A DNA stretch of 64,000 nt, taken from the NCBI RefSeq assembly GCF_035594765.1, contig NC_085842.1, positions 167,537,036 to 167,601,035 of the forward strand, given 5' to 3'. The translations under genes were made by a program, and so were the position numbers. Under the pieces are notes generated by a model. That model saw only the letters and a list, made by a program, of their open reading frames with translations. It was not told the origin of the DNA and made no database searches. Source of the DNA: Anolis carolinensis. Its lineage: Eukaryota. Numbering within the stretch: position 1 is the first letter of the stretch; every line of letters starts with the position of its first letter. Shown here one piece after another: positions 37,195-50,542 of the stretch.

Positions 37195-39691
37195 TTCCTA
37201 CACCACTAACATCTGATCAGAAAACACATCTTGTGGAGGACCACAGTTACTAAGATACCGCTCAGTGGGCCACCCTCGATCAATGCACGCCGGATAGCCC
37301 TGACAGGGGCGATGTATCACCACATTCACACTTACACAATCATGCAGATGCTCCATCCCCAATCATTGACCATGAACAACAGGAACACCCTTGGGAGAGT
37401 GATGGGCTCTTGGACACATCTCAGTGGATTGTCATTGATGAATGCACTGGGGTTGTCGAGGAGGAGGACAACACTTTACACCTGCACAACTCATTTCAAC
37501 AGGAACATTTTCCAGGGGACCTACACACTATCTTGCACAAAAGGGGCCCTGTTAATCCTCAAAGTAAACAGGTCTTGGTAGTAGGTGACTCCCTTCTCAG
37601 AGGAACGGAAGCCATCATTTCCAGACCAGATGGGATGGCACAAGAAATATGCTGCCTCCTGGGGGCAAAAATACACCATATCACTCAGAGGCTCACCAGG
37701 CTCCTAAAGCCCCATCACCCTCCCCCCACCTTATGTTGATTCATGTAGGAACCAATGATACGGCTAGACATACCTTTCAAAAGATCACAAACGATTTTTG
37801 AGCTCTCGGAACAAAGCTAAAACTGTGTACTGCACATGTGATCTTTTCATCCCTCCTCCCTGTTGTAGGACACGGCTCTACAAGGGCCAGAAAAATAGTA
37901 CAGGTCAATAACTGGCTCAGAACATGGTGTCAGGAGAAGCGTTTTGGCTTCCTCGACCATGGCTTATTCTTCCAGGAGGATGGCCTACTGGCAAGTGATA
38001 GGGTGCATCTCACACAAGTAGGAAAACACCTTTTTGCACACAGACTCACAAACCTCATCAGGCGCACTTTAAACTAGATCCACTGGGGGAGGGGAACAAC
38101 AGTCTTGCAAACAGTATTTTACCCACAACCACCGCGAGCAGGGCCTCATCAGATGAGGCCCTGTTCGCGTCTCGTCAGCCTCACAGGTGCGGCTGGCGGG
38201 GATGAGAGACAGTGTCTTTTCAGTAGTGGCTCCCCGCCTATGAAACGCCCTCCCCAGTGAAGTCAGGCAGGCTCCCTCCCTCCTATCCTTCTGTAGGAAG
38301 GTTAAAACTTGGTTGTGGGGCCAGGCTTTCGAATAACAGCGTTAATTATTATTATGTACACTGGAACTCAATCAACAGACCCAATCTTTTGAACTGAACA
38401 TGCCTATCTATATTTTATAATGTGTTTTATAAATACTGATGTAAGTTAATAACAATTTTTTAACTGATTTATAGTGCACTGTACAACTTTTATATATGTT
38501 TTTGTAAGCCACCCTGAGTCCCCTGTTGGGTGAGAAGGGCGGGATATAAATATAGCAATAAATAAATAAACCGCCCAAAGGCTAAATTGAGGGCTGCACA
38601 AACACAGCAAGGACCAGTAACCGAGAGCGTAATAATCCCAAATAAACAACTCGGGGGAAGGTCACAGGGGCTTACATGTCTTTACACTAATGCACAGAGC
38701 ATGGGGAATAAACAAGACGAACTCCAACTTTTAGCATAACACCACACTTACGATGTCATAGGGATCACTGAAACCTGGCGGGATGACTCCCATCACTGGA
38801 ATGTAGCCATTGAGGGCTATAACATCTTTCACAGAAATAGAACAAAGGGGAGAGGAGGGGGCGTAGCTTTATATGTCAAAAACAGTTATCTTGCAGAAGA
38901 AATGCAAGACTGCAATCCGGGAAACCAGTTTGAAAGCATCTGAGTAAGAATCAAGGGAACCGGGACTCAAAAAGATCTTGTCGTGAGTGTCTACTACAGA
39001 CCTCGAAGCCAGAATGAAGGACTTGATGAAGCCTTCTGTCAACAGTTGACCAAACAGGCACAAAGAAGAAATATAGTAGATATGGGCGAATATCTGCTGG
39101 AAAACAAACTCGGCCAAGAGTACAAAGTCCAACAAATTCCTCGCTTGCCTTGCAGACAATTTTATGGTCCAGAAGGTAGAAGAGGCAACAAGGGGATCTG
39201 CTACTCTTGATCTCATCTTAGCAAATGTGGAAGACTTGATTAATACAGTTGAAGTGGTGGGATCCTTAGGGGCAAGTGACCATGTGCTCCTGCAGTTCGC
39301 CATACAAAGGAAGGCTGAACTAAGACAAGTCAAACACGCATTCTGGACTTTAAAAGAGCTGACTTCCAAAATATGAAGGAAATACTGAGCGGCATTCCAT
39401 GGACGCCGATATTAAAAGACAAGGGAGTTAAGGATGGATGGGAATTTTTCAAAAGTGAAATACTCAAGGCGCAAATGCAAACAGTGCCAACAAAGAAAAA
39501 AAAATAAGACAAGTGAGAAGAAGCCAGAATGGATGTCCAAAGAACTTCTTACCGGGCTAAGACTCAAAAGAGACATGTACAAGAAGTGGAAAAGGGGAGA
39601 AATCACCAAAGAAGAATTCAAATGAATAGCCAACTCCTGTAGGGAAAAGGTTCACAAGGCTAAAGCGCAAAACGAGCTCAGGCTTGCCAGG
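37195..39691 (+). mobile_element. CR1 internal segment: ORF1 SGNH/GDSL esterase plus ORF2 AP endonuclease; RT and 3' end absent
   Basis: VLVVGDSLLRGTE, HVGTND and DRVHL (esterase); YTNAQSMGNK, GITETW, GGGVALYV, TLDLIL and SDH (endonuclease); frameshifted. Confidence 0.85.
38135..38569 (+). mobile_element. L2 3' fragment nested in the CR1 segment
   Basis: ALPSEVRQAPSLLSFCRKVKTWL and (AATA)n tail. Confidence 0.75.
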
Positions 39692-40094
39692 ATTTTTTTT
39701 CTTTTCTTTTTTCTTCTTCTCTTTTCTTCTCTTTTTCCTATCCATTTTCCTACTTTCTATATGAAACTTGTTCTCACTCTTTCATTGTATATAGTATGGA
39801 AAATCTGAATAAAGATAATTTTTTAAAAACATAATTACCTCTAAGGGAAGAGTTTTTACAGTATATAATGAAAGCCAAAGGTCTATCGAATGGAAGAGTA
39901 AAAAGTGAAGAGGGATTAAATACAGAGGTATGTGAATATTTCCTTCTTGTGTTCTAAGATTCCTTTCTCAGACTTGGACAAACTAATCCTAAATAATTTT
40001 TAATGACCAAATCATACCATCCAACCTTTCACAGATAAAAAGCTGAACTTGTGGTAAGCAACACCAAAAAGTGATCAATGACGAAAAACACATA

Positions 40095-40511
40095 CCCTGT
40101 TTCCCCGAAAATAAGACATCCCCGGAAAATAAGACCTAGTAGAGGTTTTGCTGAATTGCTAAATATAAGGCCTCCCCCGAAAGTAAGACCTAGCAAATTT
40201 TTTGTTTGGAAGCATGCCCGGCGCCTGCAAACAGAACACCAGAGCATACAGGATTGGTAAATGTACATATCAGTTGTACATGGAAATAATGGAAGTAACA
40301 AGAAATTTTTGATAGGATTCACAGTTTGTCTGGTTATGTTGGTTTGTGATGACAGCTACTGTATAGTATATAATAAATGTTCATTTTTTGTTCAACAATA
40401 AATGTGAATTTTTCTTCATTGAAAAATAAGACATCCCCTGAAAATAAGACCTAGCATATCTTTGGGAGCAAAAATTAATATAAGACACTGCATATTTTCG
40501 GGGAAACACGA
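40095..40511. mobile_element. pogo/Tigger-like non-autonomous DNA transposon
   Basis: ctgtttccccgaaaata / tattttcggggaaacac TIRs; internal aaaataagac repeats. Confidence 0.75.
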
Positions 40512-40646
40512 TATGCTATGAAAAGCTAGAACAATTTGCTATAGGCCAAGGCCTATTGGGGATGGCCAATAAGGCTTTCCCCTTACCTCTTCCCCTCACC
40601 TCTTCCCCACACTGAGTCCATTGAGTACAAACTACTCAATGGATTT

Positions 40647-40880
40647 CTTTTTCATATCAGGAGCGATTTGAGAAACTCCCAAGTCGCTTCTGGTGTGAGA
40701 GAATTGGTAGTCTGCAAGGGCGTTGCCCACGGGGCGCCCCAATGTTTTGATGTCTTTACCATCCTTGTGGGAGTATTTTCTCATGTCCCCATATGGGGAG
40801 CTGGAGCTGATAGAGGGAGCTCATCCATGCTCTCCCCAGGTTGGATTCAAACCGACAACCTTCAGGTCAGCAACTCAACC
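40647..40880 (-). mobile_element. Anolis SINE
   Basis: Reverse complement of the family. Confidence 0.8.
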
Positions 40881-42142
40881 TACTACTCAATAGATGAATT
40901 TGGACCATTGCTGCCAAATTAAGGTAGTTGATGGGAACGCAGTGTCCAAACAAACACTTCTTGCACCAATTCCTTTGTTATTATTTAAGAGTCAGATCTC
41001 AACCATGCACAGCAAGGCTGGGCAGTTTAAATGAGAGAGCACTAACCATGGCTTTGTGTGCTAAAGACCCCAGAGTCAGCAGTCACCTTGAGGTGAAGTG
41101 TGGTGTTTGTGAAACGGTGATATCAGGCCTGGATCTGTTCGATCAAGAACTCCGTTTTCTCTGGCACTATTTCTTATTGTCAATGAAAACAAAACCGCGG
41201 TGGAAACTGCTCATCCATTGGTCCTTATAGTTACAAACCACTAAGAGCTTGGCTGAGGCCCAATGGGGGTGGCAAAATTTCATGTCATTAAGGATGGAAA
41301 GGAAACATTTCTAGCAACCACACTCCACAGGCTTTTTCGCATTTGCAAAAATTATGTGTGCAAAAGATGACTTTCTCCCTGACCTTCTCTGTTGGGCTTC
41401 ATGTTGGGTGCCCGTGGAGCCCAACATGGTGGTTTAACATGCTTTTCTGCTTAATGGAAAGGAAAAACAAAGGCAGTACGGAAGAGCTTATATGGCTGAA
41501 GGGCCAAAATCTAAATACCGCTCACTTACTGCTCTTGATAAAACACACATGGGACACTGCAAGGTGTTGTTGTTTTCATTTCCAAACGATTTCAAACTTA
41601 TGGCGGCCCTAAGGTGAATCAATCATAGGGTTTTCTTGGCAAGATTTGTTAAGAGAGAGTTTGTCTTTGCCTTCCTCTGAGGGCACTTCCAGACAGGACT
41701 AAAACTTGCACTGAAACAGGTTAAGGTAACCTGCTTCGGCATGGGTACTAGTCTCCACCCCCCAACCCAAACCCCAGGGTTTCCCAGGGGTGGGGTTGGC
41801 TACATGCCATCCCGGGTCAAATTAGGATGATATGAAGCCACCCTGAAGCCCCCTATTTACGTCCCCAAATCCTCCCCCCCCCCCCACACCTCCTGACATG
41901 CTGTTTTCTTGTGCCAGGAGGACTGTAGATTGAGAGGCCTGTGCTGTTGGCAGGCCTCTTCGGTAATGTTTGTGATCCAAATGGTGGGTCTGGAGGGGAG
42001 GGAGTGGGTGCCCTCTTCGTGGGTCTGTAAATTGTTTATATGTTGTGTTTCTTCATCATCTTCCTTATGCGGTCAGTGGTTCCCTTGATGTATGGAAAAT
42101 CCAACAAATGCATACAAATGGCACTTATACAGTGCCTTAAGG

Positions 42143-42834
42143 CAGGGGTCCCCAAACTAAGGCCCGGGGGCTGGATGCGGCCCTCCAAGGTCATTTACCT
42201 GGCCCCTGTCCTAAACTTTAGACTTAGGGTTGACTTAAGTTACCTGGTCTTTGGAGGTCTCTTTGCTTACCTATGGCCTTATGAGATCGTCTAGATGGTC
42301 TTTGAAGGTCTTTTTGCTTAGCTACGACCTTATGAGTCTTTCTAGATGGCTTTTGGAGGTCCCTTTCCTTACCTATGGTCCTATGAGACCGTCTAGATGG
42401 CCTTTGAGGGTCCTTTTTCTTACTTATGGTCTTATGAAACCATCTAGATGGTCTTTGAGGACCCTTTCCTTATCTATGGTCTTCTGATGGCCTGATGAGA
42501 TCATCTAGATGGCCTTTAAGGGTCCCTTTCCTTACCGATGGTCTTATGAGACCATCTAGATGGTCTTTGGAGATCTTTTCGCTTACCTATGGTCTTATGA
42601 GATCGTCTAGATCAGGGGTCCCCAAACTAAGACCCATGGGCTGGATGTGGCCCCCCAAGGTCATTGACCTGGCCTCTGTCCTAAACCTTAGACTTATGGT
42701 TGACCTAAGTCTGAAATAACTTGAAGGCACACAACAACAACAATCTTAATTTTGGACTATTTCATCCTAGTCTGGCCCCCTAACAGTCTGAGGGACTGTC
42801 AATCGGCCCTCCACTTAAAAAGTTTGAGGACCCC
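42143..42834 (+). mobile_element. hAT-type element with duplicated left end (42143, 42613) around a 51-bp minisatellite
   Basis: caggggtccccaaacta twice; aagtttgaggacccc right end. Confidence 0.7.
42246..42612 (+). repeat. ~51-bp minisatellite, about 7 units
   Basis: Unit ggtctttggaggtctctttgcttacctatggccttatgagatcgtctagat. Confidence 0.9.
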
Positions 42835-43996
42835 AAAAGGTATAAAAACAAACTTGAGATAAAATTGGATTAAAATTAATACACACATAATAGCATAATT
42901 AAAATATATTCCAATGCTAAAACACATCATCCAGAATCAAAGCATACTGGCAGGATCTTGGCTTGAGCATTCGAGTGTTTTTCAGACTCCCAATACCTTT
43001 GCGCTCCTTGGTCAAAAGAAAGTCACTTCTTACAGGGCAAGAAGAAGCAGAACAGAAAAGGTAGATCACTCAGTGCATGTTTCTCCTTATATCTCTGTAA
43101 TTAAACAAGGCTAGCTGCTAAGGCTGTAGTCCTATGTACCTTTATCTGACAGCAAGTGCAAGCAAATGCAGTAAACATGCAAATTGAAATGAAGAGTTCT
43201 GGAGCAGGGTCAGTGAGAGAGAGATAAGCTCTCAGAACATCACCTTTTCTGTAGAGCCTATTTCCTGTTTATTCCTTCTTGTATTTTCCCAGTCCATCTC
43301 TTCCAATGCATATGCCAAAGCCTGCAATTCCTATCACACTCTGTTTTCAGTTCATGTTTGGATGTATCTATTTAAATATTAATATGTTTATAGAATAGAC
43401 CACATTTCATTATTTTCCTCCTGTCAGCCTTTCTCTCTGTCTAGCTTCCGCATTTTGATAAGGGTATCTATAAGACTATATTCTGCGGACAGAACCTAGG
43501 ACAGAATGATACATTGAGATTTAGAGTCCTTCCACATAGCCCTATATCCCAGAATATCAAGGCAGAAAATCTCACAATATCTGCTTTAAAGTGGGTTATC
43601 TGAGTCCACAATGCCATATATTCCAGTTCAAAGCACAACATGTGGGATTTTATTCAACTGTGTGGAAGGGGCCTTATAGTGAAGATCCATTGTTCTTCCT
43701 CTGCTGGCAGAGAAGGCATCATTGTTTTTTTAAAATCAAACACCTGTATAGGTGAAAGGCCTGTTTGCCTTTCTTTCTCCTTCAGACTTCTCAGCAAGCA
43801 TCCAACAGTCCCTGGAGCAGTTGCACAATTGCTGTGGTTTTATATGTTTTTATGGATTTAATCTGAATTGTTTTTAATACTATTAATGTTGAATACTGTT
43901 TAAATATTTGTATATTTGTATATTTTAAATTGTATGCTGATGTTTTTATGCTAAGCCACTTTGAGTCTCCTGCGGGAGAGATAAAGTGGTGTATAC

Positions 43997-43997
<1 letters not shown>

Positions 43998-44063
<66 letters not shown>
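43998..44063 (+). repeat. (TAA)n tail of an L2-type retroposon 3' end (from ~43830)
   Basis: Direct reading. Confidence 0.85.
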
Positions 44064-44066
<3 letters not shown>

Positions 44067-45053
44067 CATGCAGAAAATCTGGGAATGTTATGACCTGGAT
44101 GATACTTGGCATTTGGTGATTTATCTTCACACATTCTTTCAGAGCAGAATACAAAACAACACATGCTTGCCCCAGCACATCAGAATACCCTCCAAAATTT
44201 CAAAGGGGAAAAAATTCCCATGTTTGACCATGCAACATCAGTGTGTGGTTTAGAATACAAATTATTGGTAAGGAAACTCACACATTAGGAGAGGCTGCAG
44301 CAGTTTGTTTTTGCCCAAATCTACCATGACCTTCTTGTCCTCTCCCTTTGCTGAGAAAATTTAGAGCAATGGAGTAAGCTGAGGACAAAGTGGGAAAGTG
44401 GGAGAGGGAGAGAGAAACTGGGGCAACTGAATAAGTGGGGTAACAGAGGATTAATCATGACTGTCCTTGCCAAATTGGAACAGTTTGGGGGCATCATCTG
44501 TCATGCCACAAACCAAAACAACAGGTACTTAAAGATGGTAAAATGCATTTGGCACCTATGCCAAAACTAAAAGTTCAGGAAGTGTTCCTGCTTTACTTGG
44601 TCATAATTGTGATTTTTTATTTATTTACTTAACTGTGTTTTTGTACTGCTTTTCATCTTAGAAAGAGGTGAAATCTTTTACAATAAAATCAATTGTGACT
44701 AGTAAGAAAATGACACTAAAGCAATGAAATTAAGTAATCACATAATAAACCAATCAACCAAAATAATTGATGTTACCAGAATATAACACAAAATAAGTAC
44801 ATAAAATCGTCATCCTTTCACTTCAAATCTAATACCTAGGCCTACCCCATGGTAAGAAAATAATCTGCATAAAACTAAGATATTAAAATTGTCCATTAAA
44901 GTCAGCTTTTACAGATACAGGCCCCTTCTACACTGCCATATAAAATCCAGATTATCTGTTTTGAACTGGATTGTATGGCAGTGTAGACTCATCTAATCCT
45001 TTCAAAGCAGATAATCTGGATTATCTACTTTGATAATCTGGAATATATATATA

Positions 45054-45238
45054 TTCCTGTTAGAAGCAACTTGAGAAACTGCAAGTCACGTCTGGTGTGA
45101 GAGAATTAGCCATGTGCAAAGATGTTACCCAGGGGATGCCCAGATGTTTTGATATTTTTACCATCCTTGTGGGTGGCTTCTCTCCGTGCTCTCTTTGGGT
45201 TGGATTTGAACCGGCAATCTTCAGGTGAGCAACCCAAC
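45054..45238 (-). mobile_element. Anolis SINE fragment
   Basis: Reverse complement of the family core. Confidence 0.75.
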
Positions 45239-46730
45239 GGATTTTATCACAGTATAGAAGGGGCCAAAGTGGAAGAGATGTTTGCATAAGAAGAATGTGT
45301 GTCTATGTGGCGGGAGGAGAGGAGAGGAGAGGAGAGAGAAGACACCAGATATGAGAGGAGAGAAGACACCAGATGTAAGACGAGACAAATAAATGTGTCC
45401 TGTATCAAATCAGGCCTGAATTCTTACTAGAAGCTAGGATTACTAAACACTTTGGACATATCATGAGACAATGTGGTTCATTAGAAAAGATAGTTATCCT
45501 TGGTAAAATAGAAAGCAGCAGGAAAAGAGGAAGGCCAAAGTTCAGTAGATTCAATCAAGGAAGCCATGGCCCTGAGTTTGCAAGAACTGAACCAGGCAGG
45601 GAATTTCTCATTTACAAGGTTCCTCCCAAGAGAGTGTTCCACATATGATGTGCCAAAATCAATGAAGTTCTCCTGCAAGTTGCCACCAGAGAGCAGGGAG
45701 GACTTGATGGAGGACATCTGATTAAAATAGCAATGTTTGGACAAGCTGCTGTTAAAGTAGGCAGTCTTTTAGAGACTATACTGGGATTTGTTGTCTCCAA
45801 AAGTGATTTTTAAAATGTCCTGTTTTAAGGAGAGTTCCCAATAATTTGAGCGTACCTGAGTAAGAGAGTGCAGCTGTTGATATATTTTCCCAATAGCAGC
45901 TGTGTTGGGGAGGAGATGCTTCCAGATAAGGCTTGGAGGTTATTTATAGTACATTTGACAGAAAGGCAGAAGTAGAAAACAACTGAAATTGCCATGCTGG
46001 TTCCTCACTGGTCCTAGAGGTTGCTGGCTAGCCCCATTGGAGGAGGTGTGATGCTGCTTCTGCCTCTGAGCCAATTAGAGGTGAGGTAGGAAATTTAATA
46101 AGCTGCCATTCATGGATTTTAATTCTGTTTGTGAATCCTTCCCAGAAGCTTGGTGTATCTGGGTGGAATACAGTTTGATGGGTGATTGATGGGTCCGTGT
46201 GGTCCAATGGCAGCTACACAAAAGAGGTGCTGGCTGATGGACAAAATGTGTTTAAGGTGCAGTTACATACAATGGAAGATCCACTGAGGGCATCCTGATA
46301 TGTGCTATAAATGAGGTAACGTGCCCAGGATGAAGTTTTAGATAAAACCAGATAAAGATGGGAAACCTTTGTGTCTCTTCATGCGAAAACCATTATGTGT
46401 TTTGGGATTTTTCCAGGAGATTGTGAGAGGATTATGATAATTACAAAGCCCTTCCCCAAGGTCCTCAGGTGCAGTGGGAAATATTCTGAAACATTCCTAG
46501 GGAGGTTTGTAAAAGGTTACTTGGCAGGCAAGAAAAAATCCAGTGTGTGATGGCTGTATATCTCAATGGAGCCACGGGTAATAATTCATAATTTGGGGTC
46601 CAGGGGTTTCATGACACTGTCACCCTAATTAATCTTTTGGTAATCCAGTGAGGAGGGAAAGAAATAAAAATGGGCTCAACACCTTTTGAATAGTAGAATA
46701 AGGAGCTGTCTATTGGGAAGTATTCTCTCA

Positions 46731-46786
<56 letters not shown>

Positions 46787-46826
46787 GAGAGAATACTTCC
46801 CAATAGACAGCTCCTTATATATATAT

Positions 46827-47260
46827 AGTCTCACTTATCCAACATTCGCTTATCCAACGTTCTGGATTATCCAACGCAGTTTGCCTCCCACCCCGATCCA
46901 CAGCTGTTCCTCTAGGCAACAAGGATTGAACTTTTTATGGATTTAATTTCTGACAATGTTGCTACTGTAAGTTCATTTTGTAGTTCAATTTGTTAGTAGC
47001 CTATTTTTTAGTCAATGTTTTCAATATATTGCAATGTTTTGGTGCTAAATTCATAAATACAGTATTTACTACATAGCGTTACTGTGTTTCGGATGGCTTT
47101 TTCTGTCGATTTGTTGTAAAACATGACGTTTTTGGTGCTTAATTTGTAAAATCTAAATGTAATTTGATAGGCTTTTCCTTAATCCCTCCTTATTATCCAA
47201 GATTTTCGCTTATCCAACGTTCTGCTGGCCCATTTATGTTGGATAAGTGAGACTCCACTG
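46827..47260. mobile_element. Tc1/pogo-like MITE
   Basis: agtctcacttatccaac / gttggataagtgagact TIRs. Confidence 0.8.
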
Positions 47261-47465
47261 TGTGTGTGTGTGTGTGTATGTCATATACATATAGGAAGGC
47301 ACATCAAGCCAACCCTGACCGGGACTGCCTTCTACCTGGAAACTGATGCCCTTCCTGTGAAAGAACATGCAGGTCAAGGTCCACAGTCACCTACATATCC
47401 ACCACCAAGACACTACACTTGGAAGGCCATCATACTCTGACAACGAGGGATCACCTAAGTTAGTA

Positions 47466-47506
<41 letters not shown>

Positions 47507-47630
47507 TATACACACACACGCAATAATTTTACAGTTAACTGGAACTTGGGCAACCAAAACTCTCAAGCAACCAGTAAATAAATCAAAGAAATAATACTGC
47601 ATTCACAAAGTTCTTTTTATAATACAGTAA

Positions 47631-47694
<64 letters not shown>

Positions 47695-48139
47695 TTTTTA
47701 TATCCCACCATCATCTCCCCGAAGGGACTTGGCGCAGCTTACAAGTGGGACCAAGGCTGACACAACAAAGTTTACAAGCTAAAAATATATTTAAAAATAT
47801 AATACACTTATAACAATCTGATTAAAACAATTAAAAACAGCAGAATATAAAAACAGCCATTATAATGAAACAAAACAAACTTCAACAACCAGAACCAGGG
47901 AGAAGGTGGGCAAGTTCAGAAATTGGAGAGGGCTGGATATGGGTTTGTGCAAAATCAGATTATAGGGCCAGGAAAGGGGTAAAGTGCTGAGTTCACTGTA
48001 TTGGTCAATTTGGACAGTATTAAAACTGTATTATATTATGTTACATTGGTCTTTATTAGTCTTACCTTACGTTAAATTACTGTATTTCAGAATTAATATC
48101 ACATCAATGCAGAGTTTATGGTACGGTATAGATTAATTA

Positions 48140-48467
48140 ATAGAAGATCCAACCAGTCCAGGAAATAATTTCCTCCAGGAAATAATGCCCGACTGCTCAC
48201 TGGAGGGAAGGATATTAGAGGCAAAGTTGAAGTATTTTGGTCACATCATGAGAAGACAGGAAAGCTTGGAGAAGATCATGATGCTGGGGAAAATGGAAGG
48301 AAAAAGGAAGACAGGCCGACCAAGGACGAGATGGATGGACGGTATCCTTGAAGTGACTGGCTCGACCTTGAAGGAACTGGGGACGGTGACGGCCGACAGG
48401 GAGCTCTGGTGTGGACTGGTCCATGAGGTCACGAAGAGTCGAAAACGACTGAACGAGTGAGACGACG
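48140..48467 (+). mobile_element. BovB (RTE) LINE 3' end, young
   Basis: KLKYFGHIMRRQESLEKIMMLGKMEGKRKTGRPRTRWMD...VHEVTKSRKRLNE; 12-bp TSD atagattaatta (48128-48139, 48468-48479). Confidence 0.88.
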
Positions 48468-48590
48468 ATAGATTAATTAGGCCTATTTTAATGGTATCTC
48501 TCAAGCAACCAGAAACTACATTTACCCTGCATCCACCAATCCCTATGGATGTGGGTTAACTGAGAATCCACTGTATGCATATTTTATATA

Positions 48591-50490
48591 CATTAGAGTC
48601 TCACTTATCCAACATAAACGGGCTGGCAGAACGTTGGATAAGTGAAAATGTTGGATAATAAGGCGGGATTAAGGAAAAGCCTATTAAATGTCAAATTACT
48701 TTATGATTTTACAAATTAAGCACCAAAACATCATGCTCTACAACAAATTGACAGAAAAAGCAGTTCAATACACAGTAACATTATGTAGTAATGAGACCGA
48801 ACGAAACAGGCTCCCTGCATTCAACCTGATCTGATCTGCAGCAGGGAGTTCCACTGATCCGGAGAAGAGCCCTGCTGAACCAGCCAACTATGAAATGTGT
48901 GTTTCAGCAGCAGCCTTAACATGTCTGAATCTCTTCTCCTGCTTCCCTCTCTAACCCTAAACATTGTAACTAATCCCTAATAAAAGTATCAATACCTTTT
49001 AACCTTCTCTTCTCATAGTGGTTATTATGTATCTCTCCCTTGATTCCAGCATGTGAACTTTTCCTTTTTCCACTAAAAACTAGCCTCTCACAATGTATTC
49101 TCGGCAACCGGCTAGGTGCGTTCCCTTTAAACTGCGGTTACGGAGATCCCAGGACCCCACGTATTAACGGATTGGCACCAATTTCATAACATATCTTTCT
49201 GAACTAATTCTAAGCCTAACTGCTATCGTGCTTTTTGCACTTTGGGCCCCTCTGCTCTGGGAATCACATTTATTTCAAATTTAAAGGGACAACAGCTGAT
49301 TGTCAATGGAGCCTCTGCTGCTGCTGCACTACTGCCTCACCGCCGTTTCCTGGCTCATGGAGTTCGGACTACATGGTGGACTCAGAGGGGGTCATCTAAG
49401 TGTATCTCCACACATCAGGCTACCACCACAGTCCCATTGACCCCCTTCAACTGGACTTGGGCCAGCTTGGCCATGCCTCTTGGACATTCATTGAAACCCT
49501 TTCATTTCCCCTGGGTTTCCTGTTTTCCTATGCAACTTATGGATTTACCCTGGACTCTCTGGGGGTGGTGATGGGCAAATATGATTTCTGTTTCTATGAA
49601 TGTACCCTTGCATGTTCCCTTTCCTTTTATCCCTCATATATGAACTATAGTATGAAATATTAAGAGTCACCTCTGCTCGAACTCGGCTGCTGGAAGATCT
49701 CCTCATTCTCAAGGGGGGAATAATCATCTCACAAAGGACTCCATCAAAATACTTTTGCATGAATGATGAACAATGGGCTTCCCTCTTGGGTCTCGGAGCA
49801 GGGCTGCCTGAGGGGAAACGTCCACCTGGTTTCCTTGTCATATTTAGATATGGGACGACCGTCCTTCGGAAAGCCAAGATCGCCCCAACTGCCTTTTCCT
49901 TTTGTCAGTGTACCTGGCCAAAACCACTGACAAAGAACTCATCCATCTGTCCCCATATCCAGCCTTTAGAAAAACCAGAATTTGACAGCCACGTCAAACC
50001 CAATATGTATATTTCCATTTCTAGAAATAATCCTTGGGTGCCCATCAAATACACATTAAAGTTATACTATAAAGTATAGTATAAAGTTATAGTTAAAGAT
50101 TGCTCATCCCCATAGCAATCTGTATCTGTGACCATTCCTGTACTGGTTTACACTTTTTACCTATGTCAACTTGATAAAGACACAGGGTCTATTCCCATCC
50201 CAATTTTCACTTCCAAGAATTTGCAGCACTTTCTCAGTCACCTCGTGTTTACAATATTTATATGGTGCACCTTACCCAGTCTACTTTTATAACCTCTCCA
50301 TTTTAATCCATGTTTTTATTAGCTCTTGTCATTTGTTTTTACTGGCTAATGTTTAAATTTTTATAATTGTGCATGTTTTTTGTCTATTGTTGTGTTTTAT
50401 ATTGCTATTGTTTTTATTCGGGCTTGGCCCCATGTAAGCCACCCTGAGTCCCCTTTGGGGAGATAGAGGCGGGGTATAAAAATGAAGTTG

Positions 50491-50542
<52 letters not shown>

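Larger units (their letters stand above)
36169..39827 (+). mobile_element. 5'-truncated L1 LINE insertion (ORF2 C-terminus 36170-37190; 3' UTR/polyA 39692-39827) enclosing a CR1 segment
   Basis: CWKCGKYEGTFFHCWWTC zinc knuckle, AATAAA at 39808, 17-bp TSD aacataattacctctaa (36152-36168, 39828-39844). Confidence 0.85.

Noticed and set aside
42251-42719. ORFs with 17-aa repeats (LTYGLMRSSRW) / CRISPR-like periodicity
   Set aside because: Translation of a 51-bp minisatellite; no unique spacers; eukaryotic DNA.
47631-47693. (ATT)n(AAT)n palindrome
   Set aside because: Simple-repeat tail adjoining an L2-type 3' end; unremarkable.
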